Shown: in pieces, positions 38,331 to 46,173 of the stretch
Position numbering within the stretch: the first letter of the stretch is position 1
Layout of the letters: every line of letters begins with the position of its first letter
Made by a program: the position numbers and the translations under genes
Notes under the pieces: model-generated
Told to the model about the DNA's origin: nothing
Databases searched by the model: none
Seen by the model: the letters and a program-made list of their open reading frames with translations, nothing else
Assembly: GCA_963748035.1 (NCBI GenBank)
Contig: CAVVHO010000005.1
Location: 1,097,080-1,161,079, forward strand
Direction of reading: 5' to 3'
Length of the DNA stretch: 64,000 nucleotides
Source of the DNA: an uncultured Gemmatimonadales bacterium
GTDB taxonomy: Bacteria; Gemmatimonadota; Gemmatimonadetes; Gemmatimonadales; GWC2-71-9

Positions 38331-39154
38331 CAGGCTGCCTTCCGGTAGATCCGCTCCCGCGGCTCGACCAGATCAAATCTGGATCGGGCCCCACCCAGGA
38401 TGGTCTCGACCTTGCCCAACACCAGGATGCCATCCGGGGCCAGGGCGTCAGCGAACAGGTGCATCAGGCGTTCTTGGGTGGGTCGGTCGAAGTAGATCAC
38501 CACGTTGCGACACAGGATCAGATCGTACTGGCCGGCGGGGGCCGATTCGCTGGTCAGATCCATCCGCCGTACTTCGACCTGGGCACGCAGCGCGGGGAGC
38601 ACCTCGACTTCACCGTTCTCCACCGGCCGGCAGAACCGGGCGAGGACCGCGGGGTCTGCCTCAGAGAAGGCACGGAGGTCATAGCGGCCGCTGCGAGCTC
38701 GATCCAGCGAGGCGCGGTCGATGTCGGTGGCGTCCACGTGGCAGCGGTCGAGCCAGGTGGGATGGCCAAGGCGTTCCAGCACCATTGCGATGAGCATCAG
38801 GATCGTGTACGGCTCCTCGCCGGACGCGCAACCGGCACTCCAGATTCTGAGCCGGCCAGCGCGGGCGGTGAGCAACTCCGGCAAGAGATGGGCACCGAGC
38901 CAGGTCCAGGTCTCCGGGTTGCGGAAGAATTTCGTGACATTGATCGTGAGGGCATCGAGCAACAATTCCATTTCTTCGGGGCGCTGATCGAGGAGCCGTA
39001 CGTACTCCTCGTAGTTGTGGACCCCACAGGCGCGCATCCGTGCCGCGATACGCCGACGGAGACAGCGGTCCTTGTAGGCCCCCATGTCGAGCCCGTTGCG
39101 CCCCGCGATTCGCTCCGCGAGGGCGATGAACGCCGGGTCCTCCGTCGGGCTCAT
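38330..39154 (-). CDS. cheR: chemotaxis protein methyltransferase CheR
   Basis: TINVTKFFRNPETW..LRIWSAGCASGEEPY..ILCRNVVIYFD. Confidence 0.93.
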   Translation of the reverse strand: MSPTEDPAFIALAERIAGRNGLDMGAYKDRCLRRRIAARMRACGVHNYEEYVRLLDQRPEEMELLLDALTINVTKFFRNPETWTWLGAHLLPELLTARAGRLRIWSAGCASGEEPYTILMLIAMVLERLGHPTWLDRCHVDATDIDRASLDRARSGRYDLRAFSEADPAVLARFCRPVENGEVEVLPALRAQVEVRRMDLTSESAPAGQYDLILCRNVVIYFDRPTQERLMHLFADALAPDGILVLGKVETILGGARSRFDLVEPRERIYRKAA

Positions 39155-40770
39155 GCGGTGGCGTCCAAGGTGTCAAGATTGGCCCGCGCAAGTTGGTGGC
39201 CGGGATTCAACTCGGTCACCCGTTTCCAGCAGGCACGCGCCCGCTCCCGATCCCGACGCTTGTAGGCGATGTTGCCCATCTTGAAATAGAGATCGTCGCC
39301 CAGGTCCGGGCTGAGCTTGGCGGCGCGCTCGTAGGCCTCGAAGGCATCGTCGTAACGACCAGCGCGGTAAAGCAGGTCACCCAGATTCTTCGAGACCTGC
39401 GCGAGGGTGGGGCTCTCCGCGAGGGCCGTCCGGAGCATCATCTCCGCACTGGCCAGATCGCCACCGAGTTCCTGCAGTACTGCGAGATTGTTGCGAAGGG
39501 GCGCGCTGTTAGGATGGGCGCCCACCCCGTTTTGCGCGATCTCCATGGACGCCATCGCATCGCCCTCGCAGGCCGTGGCCAGCGCCATGGCCCAGTACCA
39601 GGTAGGGGGCCGCGGCCGATCGCCAAAGAGCTCCCCGGCCCGTTGCAGCCGGTTTAGCGCCACCTCGGTATCGTTACGCTTGAGCGCAGCAACACCCCAA
39701 CCAATCATGATGCGGGCATCGTCGCGGGCCTTGGAGGCCGCCTCCGCGTAAGCCGCCTCGGCTTCGGGCAGCCGCCCGAGTTGCTCGAACGCGAAGGCGA
39801 GATTGTGCAACGCGCTGGCCCGCCGGCCACCTCGCTCCACCGCATGCTGCAGCACATCCACGGCCTCGAGCCAACGGGCCTGTTTCAGGGCGATCAGGCC
39901 AAGGAAGTAATGCGCCCCCGGTTCGTCCGGGCGAAGATCAGCTACCCGGCGGAACTCCCGCTGGGCTTCGTCCAGCATTCCAGTCTTGAAGAACGCGATA
40001 CCGAGGTTCTGGTGTTCGTGGACCCGGGTGTCGTTGGCGCGCGGCGTAGCGACCTTGGCGGAAGTGCCTACCCTGCGCACGTACCCCGCGCTGATCAGAC
40101 CGAACAGCGCGGCGGCCGCGTCAAACTCGACCAGCGAGCACTCGTCGATGACCTGACGCACATCCCGAGTTCCGTCGAGCAGGGGCAGGATCCTCCGCTG
40201 GGCAGCAGAGAGTCCGACATCCTCACCGGGCGCATGCCCCGGGTCCACCGAGAAGATCAGATCGAAACTGGGGATCTTCTTTTCGATCTGGCTCCACTCG
40301 TCCACCCGCCGCGCGCCTTCCAGCAACAGACTCTCGGGATTGATCGAGACCTTGTATACCTGCGGTTCTGGCTTGACACCGGGCTCGAAGTTGAATGTGC
40401 CCTGGGTCCAGGCGAACAGATGATAGACGGCCTCTTCGATTTGCAGGAACAACAGGCGCTCGAGCTGTTCCCGGCCCACGAAGCCGAGCTCGATCAGGAT
40501 GTCCCCCAACCGGCGTTCGCGGTGGACTTCTTGAAGGTGAATGCCTTCGTCGAGTTGTTCGTTGGTGATCAGCTGGTTCTTGCGGAGGAGATCGCCGATG
40601 CGGTCACGACGATTGACGATCGAGGCGTAGCATATCCTGCCTTCTTCGAAGTAGATGTAGCCGAAGTTCTGTCGGTCAGCGACCGCCAGACAGCCGGTCT
40701 TTTTCCCCAGGGCCAACAGCTGGAGTACGTCGGTGAGGCTGGCTTCCTTCAGACTGCCCTTGATCGCCAT
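39151..40770 (-). CDS. PATAN (DUF4388) domain + TPR-repeat protein
   Basis: MAIKGSLKEASLTDVLQLLALGKKTGCLAVA..YIYFEEGRICYA. Helical insertion IGDLLRKNQLITNEQLDEG..RLGDILIELGFVGREQLERLL. ..FNFEPG..LLLEGARRVDEW. The C-terminal half has at least 6 TPR-like units. Confidence 0.8.
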   Translation of the reverse strand: MAIKGSLKEASLTDVLQLLALGKKTGCLAVADRQNFGYIYFEEGRICYASIVNRRDRIGDLLRKNQLITNEQLDEGIHLQEVHRERRLGDILIELGFVGREQLERLLFLQIEEAVYHLFAWTQGTFNFEPGVKPEPQVYKVSINPESLLLEGARRVDEWSQIEKKIPSFDLIFSVDPGHAPGEDVGLSAAQRRILPLLDGTRDVRQVIDECSLVEFDAAAALFGLISAGYVRRVGTSAKVATPRANDTRVHEHQNLGIAFFKTGMLDEAQREFRRVADLRPDEPGAHYFLGLIALKQARWLEAVDVLQHAVERGGRRASALHNLAFAFEQLGRLPEAEAAYAEAASKARDDARIMIGWGVAALKRNDTEVALNRLQRAGELFGDRPRPPTWYWAMALATACEGDAMASMEIAQNGVGAHPNSAPLRNNLAVLQELGGDLASAEMMLRTALAESPTLAQVSKNLGDLLYRAGRYDDAFEAYERAAKLSPDLGDDLYFKMGNIAYKRRDRERARACWKRVTELNPGHQLARANLDTLDATA

Positions 40771-41910
40771 CTAGCGCAGCTCCTCGATCAGCCGATCAGC
40801 GATATCGGGCCAATCCCAGACCATCTTTTCGCGGCTGCGGAGGCTTCCGGTCGGGGAGACCAGTCCGCTCGTCCGCATCCCGGTCGACCGCCTCGCGGGC
40901 CCGACCGGACTCCCCTCCAAGACTTCGCGGGCGAGCCCCGGCGTCAGATGCTCCTGCTCGGTCTCCGCCGCGGCGATGACCCGCTGCACCAGTCCCTGCA
41001 ATCCGCGCACAGTCTCCACCGGGCGAGCGGCGAGGTATGCGGCAAGTTCCGGCTCCGACTCACCGATCTTTTCCTTCAGTAAGCGCGCGACGATCGCCTC
41101 GCGGACTTCACGGTCGGGCTGAGGCAGCTCCACAACCAGGCCGCCTTCCAGCCTGGTGCGGAGGCGTGATTCGATCCCCTCTATTTCCTGCGGCGGCACG
41201 GCGGAAGTGAAGACCATCTGCCGGTTGTTCTCGACCAGCAGGTTATACAGCCAGAACAACTCCTCCTGGGTCCGATCCTTTCCGCCGATCACGTGAATGT
41301 CGTCGAGCAGCAGCGCGGTGATGCGGCGATAGCGTGCCCGCCACCAGGCCACCCGGTCGCGGTCGATGGCACTAATGAGATCATCCACGAAGTCCTGGGC
41401 CCGAAGGCAAGCGACCAAGCTACCCGGCGCGGCCGCGAGGACGTTCCCGATCGCATGCAGGAGGTGGGTCTTCCCCGAGCTACCCGGCCCGAAGACCACG
41501 AGCGGGTTGTACCGGTGGCCTGGTTTCTCCAGCACCATTCGGGCTGCGTTCGTAACCATTCGATTGGACCCGGACTCGACAAATTCCTCGACCCGCCAGA
41601 GCGGCGACGGCCCCGGCAGCGGACTCAACCCTTCCCGGGCGCGGGAGACCTCGGCGCGTGCCTCCTCTACCCGGTTGGGATCGCGAAATACCGCGAGACC
41701 GGCGACCGCCGTGTCCAGTTCTTGGGCCTCCGCCGCCAGTTCCTTGAGTCTGGCGATGTCTTCCTCATAATCATGGATGGCGGCATCGGGATCGACTGGC
41801 GCCTCACCCTCAAGCAGGCGTTCCAGCCGATCCGTGTGGTACCCTTCCCCCTGCCAGCGGAGGACCGACTCCGCGACCCGGCCGCGCCACGCATCCACCT
41901 GGCGCGCCAC
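40771..41910 (-). CDS. DnaA-domain-III-like AAA+ ATPase with unique N-terminal coiled-coil region (no DnaA domain IV); 5' end may extend to CTG 42018
   Basis: YNPLVVFGPGSSGKTHLLHAIGN (Walker A), LLLDDIHVIGGKDRTQEELFWLYN (Walker B), MVFTSAV, SRLRTRLEGGLVVEL (box VII-like), VRGLQGLVQRV (sensor II-like). The frame stays open upstream to 42018 with no ATG/GTG/TTG. Confidence 0.8.
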   Translation of the reverse strand: MARQVDAWRGRVAESVLRWQGEGYHTDRLERLLEGEAPVDPDAAIHDYEEDIARLKELAAEAQELDTAVAGLAVFRDPNRVEEARAEVSRAREGLSPLPGPSPLWRVEEFVESGSNRMVTNAARMVLEKPGHRYNPLVVFGPGSSGKTHLLHAIGNVLAAAPGSLVACLRAQDFVDDLISAIDRDRVAWWRARYRRITALLLDDIHVIGGKDRTQEELFWLYNLLVENNRQMVFTSAVPPQEIEGIESRLRTRLEGGLVVELPQPDREVREAIVARLLKEKIGESEPELAAYLAARPVETVRGLQGLVQRVIAAAETEQEHLTPGLAREVLEGSPVGPARRSTGMRTSGLVSPTGSLRSREKMVWDWPDIADRLIEELR

Positions 41911-42014
41911 CGCCGAGGAAATCTCCGACAGGAAGGAGCTGAACTCGTCGGTCGTGAGGCTGGCGTGGGAGGAGGGTTCCTTCGCGGGGCGCTCGGGTTC
42001 CGCGGGGCCGTCCG

Positions 42015-42779
42015 TCAGGGTGTAGATAACGGGGGACTCGGTGTCGACAGCGCGGCAACGGGCTGCGACTTCGCCAGCACCGTCCGAGCCTCGCTCGAGG
42101 AGATGGGTGTGGCGTTCACCGCCTGGTAGGCGATGAGGCGGTTGAGAGCCCCAATGAGCTCGCGGATGCTTCCGATCGGGAGGGCGGCCACCGCTTCGAT
42201 CACGCTGGGGTCGAACTGGGCCTTCCGCTCCTGCGCCTGGCGGTTCAGGATCGCGACCCGCGTCTCGTAGTCCGGCGCGGAAATGTCGATTACCAGACCA
42301 CCCGCGAATCGCTGTATGAGTCGCTCGTCGAGCGCCTCGATCTCGTTCGGTGGTCGATCGCTCGACAACACGATCTGGCGACCGGAGGTGAGCATGGTAT
42401 TGGTGAGGCGGAGCAATTCGGCCTGCATCTCCCGCCGATGGGTCAGGAACTGCACGTCGTCCACCAGCAGAACCCCGACGTCGGTATAGCGCCGGCGATA
42501 GGCCTCTCCCTGCCCCGCGGCAATCGCCGCGTGAAACGCCTCGATGAACTCGTCAAGGGTGAGATACTCGGCGGAGATCTGCGGATTCACCTCGACGGCG
42601 TGATGACCGATGGCCATCAGCAGGTGGGTCTTGCCGAGCCCCGATCCAGCATACACGAAGAGCGGGTTGTAGACCGAACCAGGCGACTCGGCTACCGCAC
42701 GGGCCGCCGTCACGGCGAGTCGATTCGCCGAGCCGACGATGTACGAGCCGAAGCTGTAACGCGGGTTGAGCCGGGTCAT
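42015..42779 (-). CDS. DnaA-domain-III-only AAA+ ATPase (Hda-like architecture)
   Basis: LNPRYSFGSYIVGSANRLAVTAARAVAESPGSVYNPLFVYAGSGLGKTHLLMAIGH; LLVDDVQFLTHRREMQAELLRLTN; IVLSSDRPPNEI; ERLIQRFAGGLVIDISAPDYETRVAIL; IRELIGALNRLIA. No N-terminal domain I/II and no C-terminal HTH. Confidence 0.85.
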   Translation of the reverse strand: MTRLNPRYSFGSYIVGSANRLAVTAARAVAESPGSVYNPLFVYAGSGLGKTHLLMAIGHHAVEVNPQISAEYLTLDEFIEAFHAAIAAGQGEAYRRRYTDVGVLLVDDVQFLTHRREMQAELLRLTNTMLTSGRQIVLSSDRPPNEIEALDERLIQRFAGGLVIDISAPDYETRVAILNRQAQERKAQFDPSVIEAVAALPIGSIRELIGALNRLIAYQAVNATPISSSEARTVLAKSQPVAALSTPSPPLSTP

Positions 42780-43384
42780 CAGGCGGCCCCGCTCCCGGTG
42801 GCCGCCAGCCGCTTGAGGACCAGCTCGGAAATGCCCTTGAGCGTTTCGAAGACTCCCGCACCCCGCAGCGCATCGCCGGGAAAGCTCCGATAACCGCGGA
42901 AGTTGAGCGCCTCATCGAGGTCGCTCCCGCTGAGGATGAGATCGGCGGGGAGGTCCTGCTTGTTGTACTGCATCACCAAGGGAAAGCCCCGGACATCGAT
43001 ACCCTGCGCCAGCAGGTTGGCCTGCAGGTTCTGCAGACTCTCGATGTTGTCGTCCAGCCGCCGCGCCTGACTGTCAGCCACGAAGACCACTCCGTCCGCC
43101 CCTTGCAGCACCAGCTTCCGGGTGGCGTTGTAGTAGACCTGGCCCGGCACGGTATAGAGTTGAAAGCGGGTGGTGAAGCCGCTGATGACCCCGAGATCCA
43201 AGGGGAGAAAATCGAAGAAGAGGGTGCGATCTGTCTGGGTGGCGAGGCTCACCATTCGGCCGCGCCGCGATTCGGGCACCCGGCCGTAGATGTACTGCAG
43301 GTTCGAGGTCTTACCCGAGCGCCCCGGCCCATAGTATACGATCTTGCAGGTGATCTCACGCGTGGTGAAGTTGACGAGGGACAT
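42779..43384 (-). CDS. mglA: MglA-family Ras-like small GTPase
   Basis: [69 protein letters not shown]. Near-collinear with Myxococcus MglA from memory (P-loop, intrinsic Arg, catalytic Gln, NKxD). Confidence 0.93.
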   Translation of the reverse strand: MSLVNFTTREITCKIVYYGPGRSGKTSNLQYIYGRVPESRRGRMVSLATQTDRTLFFDFLPLDLGVISGFTTRFQLYTVPGQVYYNATRKLVLQGADGVVFVADSQARRLDDNIESLQNLQANLLAQGIDVRGFPLVMQYNKQDLPADLILSGSDLDEALNFRGYRSFPGDALRGAGVFETLKGISELVLKRLAATGSGAA

Positions 43385-43387
43385 GGT

Positions 43388-43852
43388 CTAGCGCCCGAAG
43401 AGGGACCGGAGACTGGCGTTGAGTTCCTGCTCGAAATCCGCGGCAAGGACCTCCCGTTTCTGGATGACTTCCTGCGGGGCCGCGGCCACAAGTTCCTCAA
43501 CCAGCTGATCAAAGAACACCTGCACCAGCCCAAGCTTGGTCTCACTGCCGAAGACGATCAGGGCGACCCAGCGGCCCCGCGGCGTGTCGAACCAGGCGAG
43601 CAGGTGGCTCTGCTTGGCGCCCCGATGGGCAACAACCCTGAACGGTGGCCAATCCATCTGGGCCGCGATCTCGCTGCTCGAGGCCACGATGCCGGCGCCG
43701 AGGGCGGCCGCCGCCATGAGGTCCATCGCGCCGCCAAACCCATGTTGCGCCACCACCTGCCCCGACGTGGTCATCAAGAGCGCGAGCCGAGCCGAGGATT
43801 CGGCCACGAAGGTGTGAAGCGGGCCGACGACCCACGGCTCGATGGCCCGCAT
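43388..43852 (-). CDS. Roadblock/LC7-like protein 2 with C-terminal helical extension (MglC-like?)
   Basis: ATG 43852 shares one nt with the mglB stop (TGATG): MRAIEPWVVGPLHTFVAESSARLALLMTTSGQVVAQHG..VAHRGAKQSHLLAWF..WVALIVFGSETKLGLVQVFFDQL, plus a 40-aa tail. The 298-aa track ORF upstream extension is Arg/Gly junk. Confidence 0.7.
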   Translation of the reverse strand: MRAIEPWVVGPLHTFVAESSARLALLMTTSGQVVAQHGFGGAMDLMAAAALGAGIVASSSEIAAQMDWPPFRVVAHRGAKQSHLLAWFDTPRGRWVALIVFGSETKLGLVQVFFDQLVEELVAAAPQEVIQKREVLAADFEQELNASLRSLFGR

Positions 43853-44202
43853 CAGCTTAGTCGCTCCGCCATCCGCAGCATCTCCAGTCGGAGCAGTCCG
43901 AGCGGGACATCCCGCCCGGCGACCGCCACGAGGATCACGTCCTGCCCCGCCGGCGCCACGAGCAGCGACCCGTCGGCGGCCTGCAGGTGCAGAAAGCGCG
44001 CGGTTCCGAACCCGGCCTTGGTCGAGAGCTCGACCACATTGGCCGCCAGATTCGCGGCCATGGCGGCGAGTGCCGTCCCCTTGACCCCGGACATCAGGGT
44101 CTCGGCGACGACCAGACCGTCCTGCCGATCCACGACCATCGCCCCGCGAATGCCACGCAGGCGGGTGAGCGTTTCGAGTAACGGTCCGTAGCCCGCGCTC
44201 AT
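43852..44202 (-). CDS. mglB: Roadblock/LC7 protein MglB-like (GTPase-activating partner of MglA)
   Basis: ATG 44202 (ATGA overlap with the upstream stop): MSAGYGPLLETLTRLRGIRGAMVVDRQDGLVVAE..AAMAANLAANV..FLHLQAADGSLLVAPAGQDVILVAVAGRDVPLGLLRLEM. Confidence 0.85.
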   Translation of the reverse strand: MSAGYGPLLETLTRLRGIRGAMVVDRQDGLVVAETLMSGVKGTALAAMAANLAANVVELSTKAGFGTARFLHLQAADGSLLVAPAGQDVILVAVAGRDVPLGLLRLEMLRMAERLS

Positions 44203-45029
44203 CGGACCCGCTCCAGCCAGGCGCGTGCGGCCTTCGCGGCCCGCTCCGCGAAGAACGTAAGCTGACCTGCCGGCAAGCCGGCATCCATGGCCGCGAGCAG
44301 ACTTGTATCGTTGGTGGGATTCAGCAGGCAGGCGCTGACGTCGCCGCCTTCCACGGTGAGGTGGGTCCATTCTCCCAACTCAAGGAGGCGAGCTGCCCGC
44401 CCCGCCTCCCGAGTCGCGGCCGCGAGAATGGCCGCGGCCTCGTCGCTCACATTACGACTCTCCCGGTCGGCGAGCCCGCCTCCGAGACGAAGCCCATCCT
44501 GATCCACGAGCAGCAGCCGGTCCCGGGCGCCTTCCAGCCCAGCGAAGGGATCACCGGCGTTTACCGTTGCCGCCCGCGCTTCCGCAATGTCAGGGGGGGG
44601 CGCCTCGGGCAGCGGCGTGTCCCAGATTTCCTGTCCGCCAGCCACACGTTCTACCGCGCGGCGAAGCCCGGCATCCCCTGGATCCAGCTGGGCGGCCATC
44701 CGCAGGTGATAGAGCGCGTGCTCAGGCTCCCCGGCCCGGAAATACAGGAAGCCGATGCCCTTGTGCGCCCCGAGGTGATTCGGGGCAAGCCGGAGCACCG
44801 TGTCCCACTCATCGAATGCGCTGGCGTAGTCGTAGCGATCGGTGAGGATTCTGGCGTACAGGTCGTGGGCATCCGGGAGGTGCGGATAGCGCGACAGCCC
44901 GCCGAGCGAGACCTTGAGCGCCGCGTCCAACTGGGCGCGTTGTCGCAGGGCCTCTCCCAGGCGCAGGAAGACCAGGCTCGACGGGTCGGCAGCGTATTGC
45001 GCCGATAGCGCCCGGATGTCCTCAGTCAC
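44199..45029 (-). CDS. TPR + C-terminal Roadblock/LC7-like fusion protein
   Basis: N-terminal TPRs (FLRLGEALRQRAQLDAALKV..; HLGAHKGIGFLYFRAGEPEHALYHLRMAAQLDP). C-terminus RLLLVDQDGLRLGG..SDEAAAILAAATREAGRAARLLELGEWTHLTVEGGDVSACLL..LLAAMDAGLPAGQL is Roadblock-like. Confidence 0.7.
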   Translation of the reverse strand: MTEDIRALSAQYAADPSSLVFLRLGEALRQRAQLDAALKVSLGGLSRYPHLPDAHDLYARILTDRYDYASAFDEWDTVLRLAPNHLGAHKGIGFLYFRAGEPEHALYHLRMAAQLDPGDAGLRRAVERVAGGQEIWDTPLPEAPPPDIAEARAATVNAGDPFAGLEGARDRLLLVDQDGLRLGGGLADRESRNVSDEAAAILAAATREAGRAARLLELGEWTHLTVEGGDVSACLLNPTNDTSLLAAMDAGLPAGQLTFFAERAAKAARAWLERVR

Positions 45030-46170
45030 GGGAACCCCGGACCGCCAGGTCCAACGTCAGTGCAGCCTGCCGCACGCGCTCAATGACCGTCTGGTGGGCA
45101 TCCTCCTCGGGGGCCTTGCCCGAGAGCCGCCGCCATTGCTCCCAGACCTGCGCGGCCTCGCGGAATCTCCCGACCGCGGACAGCGCCAGCCCAAACAAGC
45201 GGTGGGCGGGTCCATTCTGCGGATCCAGTTGCACCGCCTGCCACAGCGCTTCCGCCGCCTCCGCAGGATGTCCGGCGGCGAGGAGCGCACGACCGTACGC
45301 CAGATGCGCAAGCGGCTGCTGCGGGTGGCTCGCGACCGCCTGCTCCGCGGCCTGACGAGCGGAGTCCGGATCCCCAGCACCGAGCAGCTGGTCCACCTCA
45401 CCGAGAAGGATCGGCAGGTCCGCGCCCCCGATCGCCTCCATGGCGCGGCGTTGCGGATCCTCCAGCAGGACGATGCCCGCCGTGGCGAGGCCGAACAGCG
45501 TCCGGGCCACCTCAAACTCAGGGCGGCCAAGCACGACGGCCAAGTCCCTAACCGAGCGTTCACCGTCGATGACCGCGAGTACCTCCCACTCGACCGGGAG
45601 GAGGTCCAGTGGCCCGGCGGTGTCAATCACCGGCGCGAGTCGCGGTACCAGCCCGAGATGGGTGATCTTCTTTTCGATGCGGGACCACTCGTCGGTGCGG
45701 CGGGCGGCTTCCATCAGGAGAAGTCCAGTGGGAACTCGAGTCTCCGCTTCCATTGGCCAGTCGGCCTGTTTCCCGTCCTCGAAGGCGAAGTATCCCTCGG
45801 ACCACCCCACCAGCTCGAACACCACTTCCTCGATTTGCAGGCGCACGACCCGGTTGAGGTCCCGCGCCACGATGAGTCCCTGCGCCACCAGGATCTCACC
45901 CAGACGACGGGAATCCCCCGCAGCCTGCAGGGCCCGGGCGCGCATCAAGTCCTGCTCCCCAACTCGGCCTGCCCGCACAAGCAGGCGACCGAGCGGGTGG
46001 GGATTGCTGCGGATCTCGGCACCGACCACAACCCCATCTTCGAAGAACACCGTACCGGCATTCTGACGGAGATCGGATGCCACCCGCAGCGTTCCTGTCT
46101 TCCGACTCAAATCCAGCAGCTGGAAGACATCATGGATGCTGAGCTCCTTGAGCGGCCCCTCGATGGCCAT
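45022..46170 (-). CDS. PATAN (DUF4388) domain + TPR protein (paralog of 39151-40770)
   Basis: MAIEGPLKELSIHDVFQLLDLSRKTGTLRVAS..VFFEDGVVVGA..LGRLLVRAGRVGEQDL..RLGEILVAQGLIVARDLNRVV..YFAFEDG..LLMEAARRTDEWSRIEKKI. C-terminal TPRs. Confidence 0.8.
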   Translation of the reverse strand: MAIEGPLKELSIHDVFQLLDLSRKTGTLRVASDLRQNAGTVFFEDGVVVGAEIRSNPHPLGRLLVRAGRVGEQDLMRARALQAAGDSRRLGEILVAQGLIVARDLNRVVRLQIEEVVFELVGWSEGYFAFEDGKQADWPMEAETRVPTGLLLMEAARRTDEWSRIEKKITHLGLVPRLAPVIDTAGPLDLLPVEWEVLAVIDGERSVRDLAVVLGRPEFEVARTLFGLATAGIVLLEDPQRRAMEAIGGADLPILLGEVDQLLGAGDPDSARQAAEQAVASHPQQPLAHLAYGRALLAAGHPAEAAEALWQAVQLDPQNGPAHRLFGLALSAVGRFREAAQVWEQWRRLSGKAPEEDAHQTVIERVRQAALTLDLAVRGSRD

Positions 46171-46173
46171 GAC

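Noticed and set aside
39781-41082. 433-aa plus-strand ORF
   Set aside because: Antisense to the PATAN-TPR and DnaA-like genes.
43853-44284. Upstream extensions of track ORFs (e.g. 43388-44284, 43852-44370, 1705-3201, 46174-48993, 54205-57642, 58729-59661, 51763-52299)
   Set aside because: The extensions are Arg/Gly/Pro/His-rich and overlap well-supported upstream genes. Internal starts at operon-style junctions give proper N-termini.
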